Origin: Methanothrix harundinacea
GTDB taxonomy: Archaea > Halobacteriota > Methanosarcinia > Methanotrichales > Methanotrichaceae
Length of the DNA: 64,000 nt
Assembly: GCA_002506535.1 (NCBI GenBank)
Contig: DAXT01000001.1
Location: 24,165-88,164 of the forward strand
Reading direction: 5' to 3'
The notes below the pieces were generated by a model. It had not been told where the DNA came from, searched no databases, and was given only the letters and a program-made list of their open reading frames with translations. This document shows, piece after piece, positions 1 through 9,900 of the stretch. The position numbers and the translations under genes are program-made. Each line of letters starts with the position of its first letter. Within the stretch, counting starts at the first letter, position 1.

Positions 1-237
1 CTTCGCCAGGGGTAGGAGGTCTGAGACGTGGTCGAGGTGAAGGTGGGTGAGGAGGACGAGGTCGACGTCCAGGGGGGAGGCCCCCGCCTCCGCCAGCCTC
101 AGCAGAACGCCGGCGCCGCAGTCGAATAAAAGGGATTTTCCCCCTCCGACGAGAAGCCCCGCCTGGGCCCGGCCCGAATGGGGTATCCCCACCCCCGTCC
201 CCAGAAGGGTCACCTCGATCTCCGCGACAATTGCCAT
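1..237 (-). CDS. MBL-fold metallo-hydrolase (RNase Z/BN-like), N-terminal fragment running off the window start
   Basis: Manual translation from the ATG at 237 (minus) gives MAIVAEIEVTLLGTGVGIPHSGRAQAGLLVGGGKSLLFDCGAGVLLRLAEAGASPLDVDLVLLTHLHLDHVSDLLPLAK. It contains the HxHxDH zinc motif (HLHLDH). It is absent from the ORF track because there is no stop inside the window. Confidence 0.6.
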   Translation of the reverse strand, partial: MAIVAEIEVTLLGTGVGIPHSGRAQAGLLVGGGKSLLFDCGAGVLLRLAEAGASPLDVDLVLLTHLHLDHVSDLLPLAK

Positions 238-365
238 GGTAACCTCTTCTGACATCTGGAGGTAGATAGAGGTTGCCTCGATCTTTACCGGTCGGTTTAA
301 GTAGATCCAAATAATCAGATCTCAGAAGCGATAATCCGACTACAGAATCGATCGAGGTGTGATAC

Positions 366-1622
366 TTGAAGGATAACGTCATCAAGGATGCGGGGCTGGC
401 CGATAAGGGCAAAAAGAGGATCGAGTGGGCGAGGAGGCACATGCCCGTCCTCCAGAAGATCAGGGAGGAGTACAGGGCGGAAAGGCCCCTCGAAGGCGTC
501 AAAGTCGTCGCCTGCCTCCACGTCACCGTCGAGACGGCGAACCTCCTCTCGACCCTGACGGCCGGAGGAGCCGAGATCGCCGTGGCGGGGTCAAACCCCC
601 TCAGCACCCAGGACGATGTCGCCGCCGCCCTGGCGGAGGAGGATATGTACGTCTACGCCTTCCACGGCGAGAACGACCAGGAGTACTACGACTGCATCAA
701 CAGGGCCCTGGACATACGCCCCAACGTCACCCTCGACGACGGCGCCGACACCATCGCCACCATCCACCGGGACCGTCAGGACCTGGCCGCCGATATCCTC
801 GGAGGGTGCGAGGAGACGACGACGGGGGTGATAAGGCTGCGGGCCCTAGCCGACGCCGGCAAGCTCATGTACCCGGTGATAGCCGTCAACGACGCCGAGA
901 CGAAGATGATGTTCGACAACCGGTACGGTACGGGACAGAGCACCATCCACGGTATCATGAACGCCACCAACTTCCTCTTCGCCGGCAAGACCGTCGTCGT
1001 CGGCGGCTACGGCTGGTGCGGCCGCGGCCTGGCGACGAGGGCGAGGGGGATGGGAGCGAACGTCGTCGTCGTCGAGGTGGAGCCCCGAAAAGCCCTGGAG
1101 GCGGCGATGGACGGCTTCCGGGTGATGTCGATGACCGCGGCTGCGCCTATAGGGGACTTATTCGTCACCGTAACCGGGAACGTCTCGGTCATAAGAAGAG
1201 AGCACGTCGATCTGATGAAGGACCAGGCGATCGTCGCCAACAGCGGTCACTTCAACGTGGAGATCGACATCCCCGCCCTGGAGGAGATGGCTTCGGGGGT
1301 GGCTGAGGTCCAGGAGAACGTCGCCGAGTACAAAATGTCCGACGGCCGGAGGATATACCTCCTGGCTGAAGGCCGACTGATTAACCTCGCCGCCGCCTAC
1401 GGCCACCCGCCGGAGGTGATGGACATGAGCTTCGCAAACCAGGCGCTCTGCGTCCGTTATATAGCAGAGAACGGCCCTGATCTCGACCGGAAGGTCTACC
1501 CCGTCCCCCCACAGATCGATAAGAGGGTGGCGGCCCTGAAGCTCGCGGCGATGGGGATCGAGATCGAGTCCCTGACTCCAGAGCAGGAGAAGTACCTCCA
1601 CAGCTGGGATATGGGGACCTGA
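366..1622 (+). CDS. ahcY: S-adenosyl-L-homocysteine hydrolase
   Basis: 418 aa and family-typical throughout: [16 protein letters not shown]-binding [18 protein letters not shown] start at 366. Confidence 0.95.
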   Translation: MKDNVIKDAGLADKGKKRIEWARRHMPVLQKIREEYRAERPLEGVKVVACLHVTVETANLLSTLTAGGAEIAVAGSNPLSTQDDVAAALAEEDMYVYAFHGENDQEYYDCINRALDIRPNVTLDDGADTIATIHRDRQDLAADILGGCEETTTGVIRLRALADAGKLMYPVIAVNDAETKMMFDNRYGTGQSTIHGIMNATNFLFAGKTVVVGGYGWCGRGLATRARGMGANVVVVEVEPRKALEAAMDGFRVMSMTAAAPIGDLFVTVTGNVSVIRREHVDLMKDQAIVANSGHFNVEIDIPALEEMASGVAEVQENVAEYKMSDGRRIYLLAEGRLINLAAAYGHPPEVMDMSFANQALCVRYIAENGPDLDRKVYPVPPQIDKRVAALKLAAMGIEIESLTPEQEKYLHSWDMGT

Positions 1623-1635
1623 GGGAGGATGGGAT

Positions 1636-2733
1636 ATGGATCTACAGAGAGGGGCGGTGGAAGCGTACCTCCGAAGCGTCGCAGGGGAGGACGCTGAACT
1701 GGTCGGGATGAGGAAGCTCGGAGAGACGGTCCCCACCACCGAGGACGTCAAGGGCTTCGGCTACGGCAGCCCCGTCCTTCTGGAGTACTCCGCCGGAGGG
1801 ATGGCGATGTCTGCGGTCCTCTCGACGATGCGGGTCCAGGAGGGTTTCGGCCACGACCACTTCTCCGACCGGGCCCAGGTCCTCCTCTGGCAGCACTCCG
1901 CCTTTGGGGGCCTCCCGAAGCACGCGAGGTCGATGGACGTCGGATACTTCGACTCCAACGGCCGCCTCACCTCCTGCGGCGACGCGAGAGAGTTCTTTAT
2001 CCTGATGGAGAAGATCGAGGGGAAAGAGTACTTCTTCGACCTGGAGCGGGTTAAGGAGGAGGGTTCGACGGACCTGGACATGAGACGGGCCGAGGCCCTA
2101 TCCACATACCTCGCCGAGATCCATGCGAAGAAGAAGGACTCTCCATCCCTCTACCGCCGGAAGATAAGGGAGACTGTCGGCCACGGCGAGTGCATCATGG
2201 GGATCCTCGACGACTACCCGGCAGACCCCGATTTCCTCGCTCCCGGGGAGCTGGCGGCGATCGAGAAGAGGTGCGTCGACTGGAGGTGGCGTCTCCGGGA
2301 TAAGACCCATCGGCTCTGCCAGACCCACGGCGACTTTCACCCCTGGAACGTGATGTTCCGGTCGGGGACGGACTATTCGGTCCTGGATCGGTCCCGTGGG
2401 GAGTGGGGGGAGGCGGCCGACGACGTCACGGCGATGACGACCAACTACATCTTCTACTCCGTCCAGAAGAGCCTGAGGCTCGAAGGCGGCCTGGCGGCCC
2501 TATTCGAGCTATTCTTCGAGAACTACCTCGACAAAACGGGGGACGAGGAGCTCCTCTCGGTGATCGCCTCCTTCTTCGCCTTCAGGATGGTCGTAGTCGC
2601 CAGCCCCACATGGTACCCCCTCCTCAACCGGGATGTCAGAAGGGCCCTCTTCAACTTCCTGGAGAACGTCCTCGACGCCGAAGAGTTCGACTACAAGCGG
2701 GTCAACAGATACCTGGAACCGTCCCGGATCTGA
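1636..2733 (+). CDS. APH/choline-kinase-like phosphotransferase family protein
   Basis: 365 aa. The catalytic-loop-like HGDFHPWNVMF...VLDRS matches the HxDxxxxN...D pattern of the aminoglycoside phosphotransferase fold. Codon usage looks native. Substrate unknown. Confidence 0.55.
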   Translation: MDLQRGAVEAYLRSVAGEDAELVGMRKLGETVPTTEDVKGFGYGSPVLLEYSAGGMAMSAVLSTMRVQEGFGHDHFSDRAQVLLWQHSAFGGLPKHARSMDVGYFDSNGRLTSCGDAREFFILMEKIEGKEYFFDLERVKEEGSTDLDMRRAEALSTYLAEIHAKKKDSPSLYRRKIRETVGHGECIMGILDDYPADPDFLAPGELAAIEKRCVDWRWRLRDKTHRLCQTHGDFHPWNVMFRSGTDYSVLDRSRGEWGEAADDVTAMTTNYIFYSVQKSLRLEGGLAALFELFFENYLDKTGDEELLSVIASFFAFRMVVVASPTWYPLLNRDVRRALFNFLENVLDAEEFDYKRVNRYLEPSRI

Positions 2734-2734
2734 G

Positions 2735-3739
2735 ATGGCGGCCCGATACGCCTTCGAGCTCTCGGGGGAGCACCCGACGATCCCGCGCAGCGAGGCGCTC
2801 TCCCTTCTGGAGGTCACCTCGGCCGGATATTGGATCATCTCCGAATCCGACCGGTGCCTCGTCGTCGAGGCCCGACACCTCGACCTCTCCCTCGCCCGCC
2901 TCGGCGCGAGGATGGCGATGACCCACCGGATCATCGAGGTAGCCGCCGATGGCGAGCCGACGGCTCAAGGCGTCTCCAAGGCCGCCGCGGAGCTCGACCT
3001 CCCGGATAAGACCTATAAAGTCCGGGCGAAGCGGCTCGGCGAGGCTTCCATCGCAAGCGACGAGGTGGAGAGGATGGTGGGCTCCGTTCTCTGGAGAAGG
3101 GGATACAAAGCCGACCTGGCCGAGCCCGAGATCGAGATCCGGGCGGTCGTCACCGAAGACCGGGTCCTTCTCGGCCGGGAAGTCGCCCGCTCCGATAGGG
3201 CCGGGTTTCGGGCCCGGCGCCCTCACCTGAAGCCCTTCTTCTACCCGGGGACTATTCTCCCGAAGCTCGCAAGAGCCCTCGTCAACCTCTCCTGCGCCAG
3301 AGAGGGGGAGCGGCTCCTCGACCCCTTCGCCGGGACCGGAGGGTTCCTGGTGGAGGCGGGGCTGATGGGGGTCCGGGGGGTCGGCCTCGACGTCCAGAGG
3401 AGAATCGTCCGGGGCGCCCTCGCCAACCTGGAGGGGCTCGACTGCTCCCTCATCGTCGGAGACGCCATGGCCCTTCCCCTCAAGGACAGGTCCGTCGAGG
3501 CGGCCGTCTCCGACGCCCCCTACGGCAGGTCGGCCCTCATCCAGGCCGGATCGCGAGACGAGCTTCTGGCTGGAAGCCTCGCCGAGCTGCGGCGGGTCCT
3601 TATCCCCGGCAGGAGGATGGTATTCGTCGACGACCGGCCCGTCGGTGAATTGATCGTGGAGGCGGGTTTTGAGGTCCTGGAGGTCCACCGGGAGCGGGTC
3701 CACAGGAGCCTGACGCGGCAGATATACGTCTGCAGGTGA
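2735..3739 (+). CDS. THUMP-domain SAM-dependent RNA methyltransferase, Trm-G10/Trm11-like (tRNA guanine-N2)
   Basis: I chose the ATG at 2735 (MAARYAFELSGEHPTIP...), in frame with track ORF 2633..3739. SAM motif LLDPFAGTGGFLVEAG and catalytic SDAPYG are present. Confidence 0.75.
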   Translation: MAARYAFELSGEHPTIPRSEALSLLEVTSAGYWIISESDRCLVVEARHLDLSLARLGARMAMTHRIIEVAADGEPTAQGVSKAAAELDLPDKTYKVRAKRLGEASIASDEVERMVGSVLWRRGYKADLAEPEIEIRAVVTEDRVLLGREVARSDRAGFRARRPHLKPFFYPGTILPKLARALVNLSCAREGERLLDPFAGTGGFLVEAGLMGVRGVGLDVQRRIVRGALANLEGLDCSLIVGDAMALPLKDRSVEAAVSDAPYGRSALIQAGSRDELLAGSLAELRRVLIPGRRMVFVDDRPVGELIVEAGFEVLEVHRERVHRSLTRQIYVCR

Positions 3740-3758
3740 GGAAGAGGCCGCCTTCGAA

Positions 3759-6005
3759 TCATGCCGCCAGGGCAGGATCTGCGGTGTTGGTGGTCGAATA
3801 GAAATAGGGTATCCCCGAATATCCTCTGACGGTGCCTGCCGGCTTTTGAGGGGCCTGCGGTGGGCTATTCTTCAGATCAATCTTGATCGATAGCGCTGGA
3901 TCTCCTAGCCAGAGGTACATCCTCAGGTTGTCCATGTAGATGCTGGAGGGACCATAGCCGTTGATCAGCCTGACGTTGGCCCGGTTCAAGGCCCAGCCGA
4001 TGTCGTATATCTCCTCGTTGCCCACGGCGTCGAAGAGGTATCTGTCGAAGTCGTGGTTTGGGACGGTGTATGAGGGGCGGGTCGCTCCCAGGAAGGCCAC
4101 CGCCAAGGAGTCGTCCTTGACGAAGGCCTCCCCCAGGGACTGCGAAGCGGTATCGAGGGCGGCGTTGTAGCAGGCGACGGAGAAGACGACGGGGGTCATC
4201 TCACCGTTCGCCAGGGCGTGGGCGTCGGCTGCGGTATAATCCTGGTTGTCCGCGTTCCATTGGGAACCCCAGGCGGTCGGCGATCCGTGGCCCCTGTAGT
4301 TTAAAATCCCAACGCCAGAATCGACAGAGCGTTTGACGTCGGCGTTGGTGGCCCCGCCTCCCCCCTGGGCGGGGAGGGCTCCGTAAGCCGTATCGAAGGT
4401 GGTGGGTTCAAGGTAGGATCTCGTCCTTATGCTCTCTTTGCACCCCTGGTATTTCCCGGGTGCTTCCTCCTTATGGGCCACCAGCAGGACCCTTTTGGAC
4501 CAGTCCCCCGGGGGATCTTCGGCGTAAGCGGTGATCTTTTTCACCTGCTGGGAGACCTCGGGGTCGCTCCTCACCGACAGCCTTCCCACCGCCAGCTCCG
4601 GCCAGAGGTCGTCTCCGAGGACGCAGCCGTACCAGTAGTCCCCGGGGATGCCGTTCCAGTCGGGCTTCCAGGGGAGTAGGTCGATATCACCCACCAGGAG
4701 GACGTACTCCATCTGCGGATGGGCGGAGTACCTGCCGGATATGAGGGCCTTGATATCCGCAGGCGTCGGCCGGACCCCCGCCGAGACGTTCCAGACCTCC
4801 ACGGGGAGACCGTTCTTCTCGTGGAGATCAACCAGGGGTCTGAGGCTCTCGTAAGATGAGGAGTCTTCGTGATATATCATCAGATACTTCGTCGTCGGAT
4901 CGAGCCGGCCGGGGTCGCCGACCTGATTGAACCCGGCCGGGGCGACGGCCTCCACCCACTCCCCCGGTTCGGGGGTCCCGACGACGACGTCGAGGGTCTC
5001 GTAGTTCAATATCGCCCTCCTGTAGATCTGCGCGAACTTCGGCTCCATCGTCCTCAGGGCGAAGGCAACGTCGTCACCGTATTCCACCCTGATCCTGATG
5101 TGGTCGTAGACCAACAGCTCCCCCGTCGCGGGGTTGGTGAAGACCGGGTTTATCTGGATGTTAACAACCGCGAGGTCCCTCCAGACCCCGGGCGCCCCGA
5201 GCACCACCATCTCTAGGGGGTAGAAGGCGTCGATGGAGTAGAACTCCCCGTCGATGAGAAATTCGACGGCTCCGTCTTCCCCTTCACCCCCGACCGCGCC
5301 CGGACCGCAGTCGAACTCCGGGGGCTGGACGGGATAGACCCGGTACCCATCGTATGTCGAGTAGTTCGCCTCCAGGACAGTCGCCCTGATCGCCCCCCCT
5401 TCGGGGACGGCGATGGTCTCCCGGATCACCGGGATCTGGGGCCGTCCCACCTCCTCGGTGTATCCCCGGTCGTGGATGGTGAGGATCTGGTATGCCGCCC
5501 CCTCGACCTCCACCTCTTCCACCTCAACGCCCCGGACCCGGACGTCGATGGTTATCCCTCCGCTGTCGAAGGCGAAGAGCTCCACCGAGGCCGTCACCTC
5601 GTCGCCGTTCAATATCGTCTTCATCCCCCCGGACCCGCTGCCGCTACCGCTGCTGCTGACGTTACCGCTGGCGTTGCCGCTGCCATCGTCCCGGAGATCC
5701 CGGTCCCCCGCGGGCTCTATGCCAGGGTCGATGTCGATATCGATACCGGTGTCCCCGAGACCGTCGAAGGGGTCGGCGATCGTCCCGAAGAGGTCGCCTT
5801 CCATCCCGGCGAACGCCGACCAATCTTCATCGATCCCCGAGCCGTTGGAGAAGACGGCCGGGAGAAAGCCCGCCGCCGTCCCGGCCCCGAGGCGGCCGTC
5901 CCAGCCCTCGACTGCCCCGGACGGGACGATGGATAATGATAAAGCCAGAAAAAATGCGAAGCTCACAATAAATGTAGAAGATGCCGTCTTCCTTCTCTCT
6001 GCCAT
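3759..6005 (-). CDS. Secreted peptidase C25 (gingipain-like cysteine protease) family protein
   Basis: I chose the internal ATG at 6005 because it gives a signal-peptide-like N-terminus (MAERRKTASSTFIVSFAFFLALSLSIVPSGA). Family hallmarks are VLLVGDIDLLPW, the catalytic His context NYRGHGS and the Cys context FSVACYN. There is a Ser/Gly linker (SSSGSGSGSGG) and an Asp-rich stretch. Confidence 0.75.
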   Translation of the reverse strand: MAERRKTASSTFIVSFAFFLALSLSIVPSGAVEGWDGRLGAGTAAGFLPAVFSNGSGIDEDWSAFAGMEGDLFGTIADPFDGLGDTGIDIDIDPGIEPAGDRDLRDDGSGNASGNVSSSGSGSGSGGMKTILNGDEVTASVELFAFDSGGITIDVRVRGVEVEEVEVEGAAYQILTIHDRGYTEEVGRPQIPVIRETIAVPEGGAIRATVLEANYSTYDGYRVYPVQPPEFDCGPGAVGGEGEDGAVEFLIDGEFYSIDAFYPLEMVVLGAPGVWRDLAVVNIQINPVFTNPATGELLVYDHIRIRVEYGDDVAFALRTMEPKFAQIYRRAILNYETLDVVVGTPEPGEWVEAVAPAGFNQVGDPGRLDPTTKYLMIYHEDSSSYESLRPLVDLHEKNGLPVEVWNVSAGVRPTPADIKALISGRYSAHPQMEYVLLVGDIDLLPWKPDWNGIPGDYWYGCVLGDDLWPELAVGRLSVRSDPEVSQQVKKITAYAEDPPGDWSKRVLLVAHKEEAPGKYQGCKESIRTRSYLEPTTFDTAYGALPAQGGGGATNADVKRSVDSGVGILNYRGHGSPTAWGSQWNADNQDYTAADAHALANGEMTPVVFSVACYNAALDTASQSLGEAFVKDDSLAVAFLGATRPSYTVPNHDFDRYLFDAVGNEEIYDIGWALNRANVRLINGYGPSSIYMDNLRMYLWLGDPALSIKIDLKNSPPQAPQKPAGTVRGYSGIPYFYSTTNTADPALAA

Positions 6006-6221
6006 CCAGCGTCCGCTCCCTTCAAACCCGACTAGACCCCTGGCTTGCCGTGCCAAGGTTGATGAAATAATGTAGGGGGGTTACGGATATATACCTTCGT
6101 CGGGGGCGGAAGGAGGGGATCGGGGGGGAGCATCGCGGCCGGGGCGCGGAGGGCCGGCGGGCGGCGCAGAAAGATCGGGGCTGCAACAAAAATGCGGTAT
6201 CGGGGGAGCGCGCCCTTTGGG

Positions 6222-6434
6222 CTATTCGGATCGATCGGGGGCGTCGATGCGCACGGCGTCGAGATCCTCCAGGCAAATCTCGATGACCTCTCTTATGTTC
6301 TCCAAAGCCTCTTCTAGGGTCTCTCCGTAAGAGTGGCAGCCCTTGAATTGGGGGCAGCTGGCTATGTAATAGCCGTCCTCGTCCATCTCGATGACTATGG
6401 GCAGGTGCAGTTTTTTTACTTCCGACGACATCAA
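6222..6434 (-). CDS. HicB/UPF0150-family antitoxin-like protein (no hicA partner seen)
   Basis: 70 aa: IVIEMDEDGYYIASCPQFKGCHSYGETLEEALENIREVIEICLED. This is the typical HicB N-domain signature. Confidence 0.75.
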   Translation of the reverse strand: MMSSEVKKLHLPIVIEMDEDGYYIASCPQFKGCHSYGETLEEALENIREVIEICLEDLDAVRIDAPDRSE

Positions 6435-6496
6435 CCCGATATATCGCTCTCCAAATTAAAGACGCTTTTGCCTAAAGGTTCCTGCTTATGAAGCCC

Positions 6497-6817
6497 TCAA
6501 AGCTCAACCCCCTTTATCAGGATGTGATTTCTCAACACGCTCTCGGCGAACCCGTCACCCTCGTTTTTCATAGCCTCCCACCTGTAAAAAGGGATCACCG
6601 TGAGCTGCGCCTCCCGCCCCAGCGCCGACTCGAGCTCCAGGGCCCGATCCCGGTCGACGTCGGACTCCTCGCCGATCACCAGGACGTCTAGGTCGCTATG
6701 CTCGTCGAGGTTCCCGGAGGCGAGGCTTCCGCGGACCTCAAGGAAGGTGCAGCCCTCGGCGATCCCCTCTGAGCCGAGGTCCTTGAGCCTGAGGATGCTG
6801 TAAGACCTCAAACTCAA
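6497..6817 (-). CDS. Minimal nucleotidyltransferase (MNT/MntA-like) domain protein
   Basis: 106 aa. The pol-beta-type NTase motif GSLASGNLDEHSDLDVLV is present. TTG start is uncertain. No HEPN partner ORF is adjacent. Confidence 0.7.
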   Translation of the reverse strand: MSLRSYSILRLKDLGSEGIAEGCTFLEVRGSLASGNLDEHSDLDVLVIGEESDVDRDRALELESALGREAQLTVIPFYRWEAMKNEGDGFAESVLRNHILIKGVEL

Positions 6818-6946
6818 AACTCGCGCCAGGGGCGTACGAAGAACTGGACCTCCACACCAAACGGGCTTTTGACACGCGAAATAGGCCGGAAAGTATGGTG
6901 ACGACGGGAAAGTTGAGGATGGTCTTTCTGAGCTTGTATACAGATG

Positions 6947-9900
6947 TTAAACATATGCTGGATCTGGGCCTGGTTTGGATCCGTTGGCCTCGATCGCCTT
7001 CTGGTGGCTCTTTTCAATCCTTCTTAGGCGCCTTCGGACATCCTTGGCTTGCCTTGTATACCTCTTTTTCAGATCCAAATCCTCTACATGATCACAACAG
7101 GCAAAAGCACGGTTTAAAGTCCGCTGGAACTCGGCCTTGCCAGTCTTTCGCTCATCTTCCCCATATGTTTCCAACTCGTACTCCAAAGCCAAGGCCAGGT
7201 GAAGATAATACTCAGGCTCTGCCCGCATGCAGACGGCTTTCTCCAATGAGTCAATGGCCTTTTTGATACCGCTGCCATCTCCCAGCTTCGCCTGTTTGTA
7301 GAGAATCCAACCTCCACAATGATAAAGCCTAGATTTCATATCAGTTTTATCGGAGTCATCTTCCATAGATAATTCTTTTATGTAATTGCCCGCGGCCTCA
7401 ACTATTTTTAAAACATATCCAAAATCTTCATTACGTTCCGCATATACATCACGTTCAGCATAAGACAATGCCATGTTTAAATAAGAACGACTCACCATAT
7501 AACCCAGAGAGAACTTTTGAAATCCAAGTTCAAGGCCTACCTCTACTAAAGATGCCATTTTCTGAAGTGTCATATCTTTATAGATATCTTTTTTCTCCTC
7601 TTTTAACTTTGGAAGATGGGAATCATTAACATATCTTAAAAGCTTGGTGTAGAGATCTTCGCATTCATTATATGATCTGTTCGCTAAGTAGGCGGAACCT
7701 AAATTATATTTTGCTACGAGATGGGATGAAATGTCGGATTTTTCTGTCAGGTTCATTGCTACAGTCCAGTTATATATCGCGTTGTCAAATTCGCCTAGCT
7801 CGTAATGAGCCTGACCGAGCCAAAAATGAGTCCACGTGCGAGACTTCATGCTATTTTCAGATTCATCTTCCCTCTTTATTGAGTCGCTCTGCAAGAGTTC
7901 TAAAGCTCGATTTAATATCTCGACGAACTTCTGTAAAGCATCCTGTCGCTTCTCGATGTCGCGAAGACCGATACCAAGCTCCGGGCGAGAAAATGCAATC
8001 TTTTGGAGCAATTCTAGATTTGCTGGATCGATGCTCAAACAGATCTTGAGCTGGGCGTTGACCTCCTCGAAGCTTTGATAGCCTCTGTAAACCTCGGAGA
8101 GCACACCGCGATCCCAAGAGCTCCTAGGATCCAAAGCCACCGACCGCTGGGCTTGATAAAGAGCCCGGCCATACTCTGGCTTCGTCTGGCTCATGAGAGC
8201 GTGCGCCAATTTGCCATGAAGCCCTTGTTTTCGGGTCTCCTGGGGATGGTCCTTTTCGAGATGGTGAACTGCCTCATTAATCTTGCTCACTTTTTTGCCA
8301 CTATCGCTCTCAAGATCTGCTAATTTTAGTAAAGCCAGTGCGTAACCCCAATCCCAACCAGAAAGGATGCTTTTCAAATTTTCCAGCCGAATCTTATAAG
8401 CATCTTCGGTTTCATTTTTCATGAAGTCCAACATGGCCTCATTTAACATCTCGCTGGTTTTGTTCTTATCGCCTCTAATATCTCTTAATTTTTGGAAAAC
8501 AAGTGCATAGCCCCAATTAGAAGGACTACTTATTAATATTCCAAGTTCGCATTTATAATTTTTTACAAATTTTACTTTTTCCAGCCCACACATAAATCTC
8601 GACAAATTTTTAATGGGAGGGTGCTTATCATTATCGAACTTTATCATGAATTTTAGTAATTTTCGTATATCTTCTGAATCCCCCTCAATCTCATATTCAA
8701 CCTCATATAATTCATATAATCTTGTTATTACTTGTACAATATACCAGTCTCTATCCAATTTATTATTGGATAGATTATCTAATACATTCTTAGATCGCTC
8801 CAACGTTTCTCTGTTAATCCCCGAGAGGTTGTCTACGGCGCGCTTATAAGCATAAAGTGCACTGTCAGCTAAACTTTGCTTTGAATAAGCCTCTGCTAAA
8901 TAGCTCCAGAAAACCGCCTTTGGGTTGATCTTCAGCGCATATTCCAAACACTTCGCAGCCTCTGAATATTTCCCAACATCGATCAACACCTTGCCCAGTT
9001 CAAAATAAAGGTCTGCATCGTTAGGAGTCAGATGGATCGATTGACAAAGTTCAAGCTTTCCGAAATAGGATGATATATGCAATGATAAAAAAATCTTCAT
9101 AATATTTTTTGCAGGTAAGTCTGCATAGCTAAGTGCCACTGCCAAGTTACGAGTACAGCTAGCAGATAATAATATCTTCTTATGGCCAACGTCCTCATCG
9201 CCTTTGAGTCTGCAAAGGCACATCTCCCGCCATGCCAACGCTGTTGCTACACCTCGAAACGGAACTACCTCGTCCCTCCAGTAATCTTGGCATTTACCAG
9301 TGGTAAGCTGCCCCTTTACCTCCTGCTCCTTGACCCGTCTCTTGACAAAACCCTTAAGATTCCAAGCTCTCACATTATCGGGCTGAAGTTTTATGGCTTG
9401 ATCACATAGCTTTAAAGTAAACTGGTAATCAACATCCTCCCATTTATTCGCCTTTTTTTTCTCCCCTATCATCTTTTCTTGAATCTGAAGATGATTTTGA
9501 GCCATAGCATGGTAGACATTAGAGAGGCGGTCTTTTGGCTCCTTTGGTTCTGCTGCTTCGGATAGCACCGAATAAGCAGACTCGTACTCCTCCAGTGCAA
9601 AGTATACTACACCTAGATTGTAATAGCAGCGCAAGAACTCTTTGTCCTCGCCCAAGGCTAAAAGGAAAGCCCGCTCAGCCTGACGAAGAAGCGGCTTTTT
9701 ATCCCTATCAGTTCGCAGAGTATCCCGATAGCAACGAAGACCGGTGGTGTAATGGCAAACAGCCCTCCAGCGAGGAGTTCCAATATGCTCTCTCTCAAGA
9801 TCGGTGAAGATGCGGTAAGCCAACTGCCGGATCATCCGACTTAAACGATCCCCCTCTTTAGGGATCTCTTCTGAGATCTCCGAACTTGAGACCCGCCAGT

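Noticed and set aside
425-1306. A 293-aa ORF out of frame inside ahcY. There are many similar long shadow ORFs, e.g. 2702-3703(-), 14599-15582(+), 17814-19001(+), 21983-22852(-), 22198-23427(+), 23215-24177(-), 35328-36011(-), 53706-55073(-) and 56466-57542(-).
   Set aside because: All overlap strongly recognisable genes in another frame or strand. Their translations are Arg/Pro/Gly/Asp-rich low-complexity strings, typical of stop-poor alternative frames in high-GC DNA.
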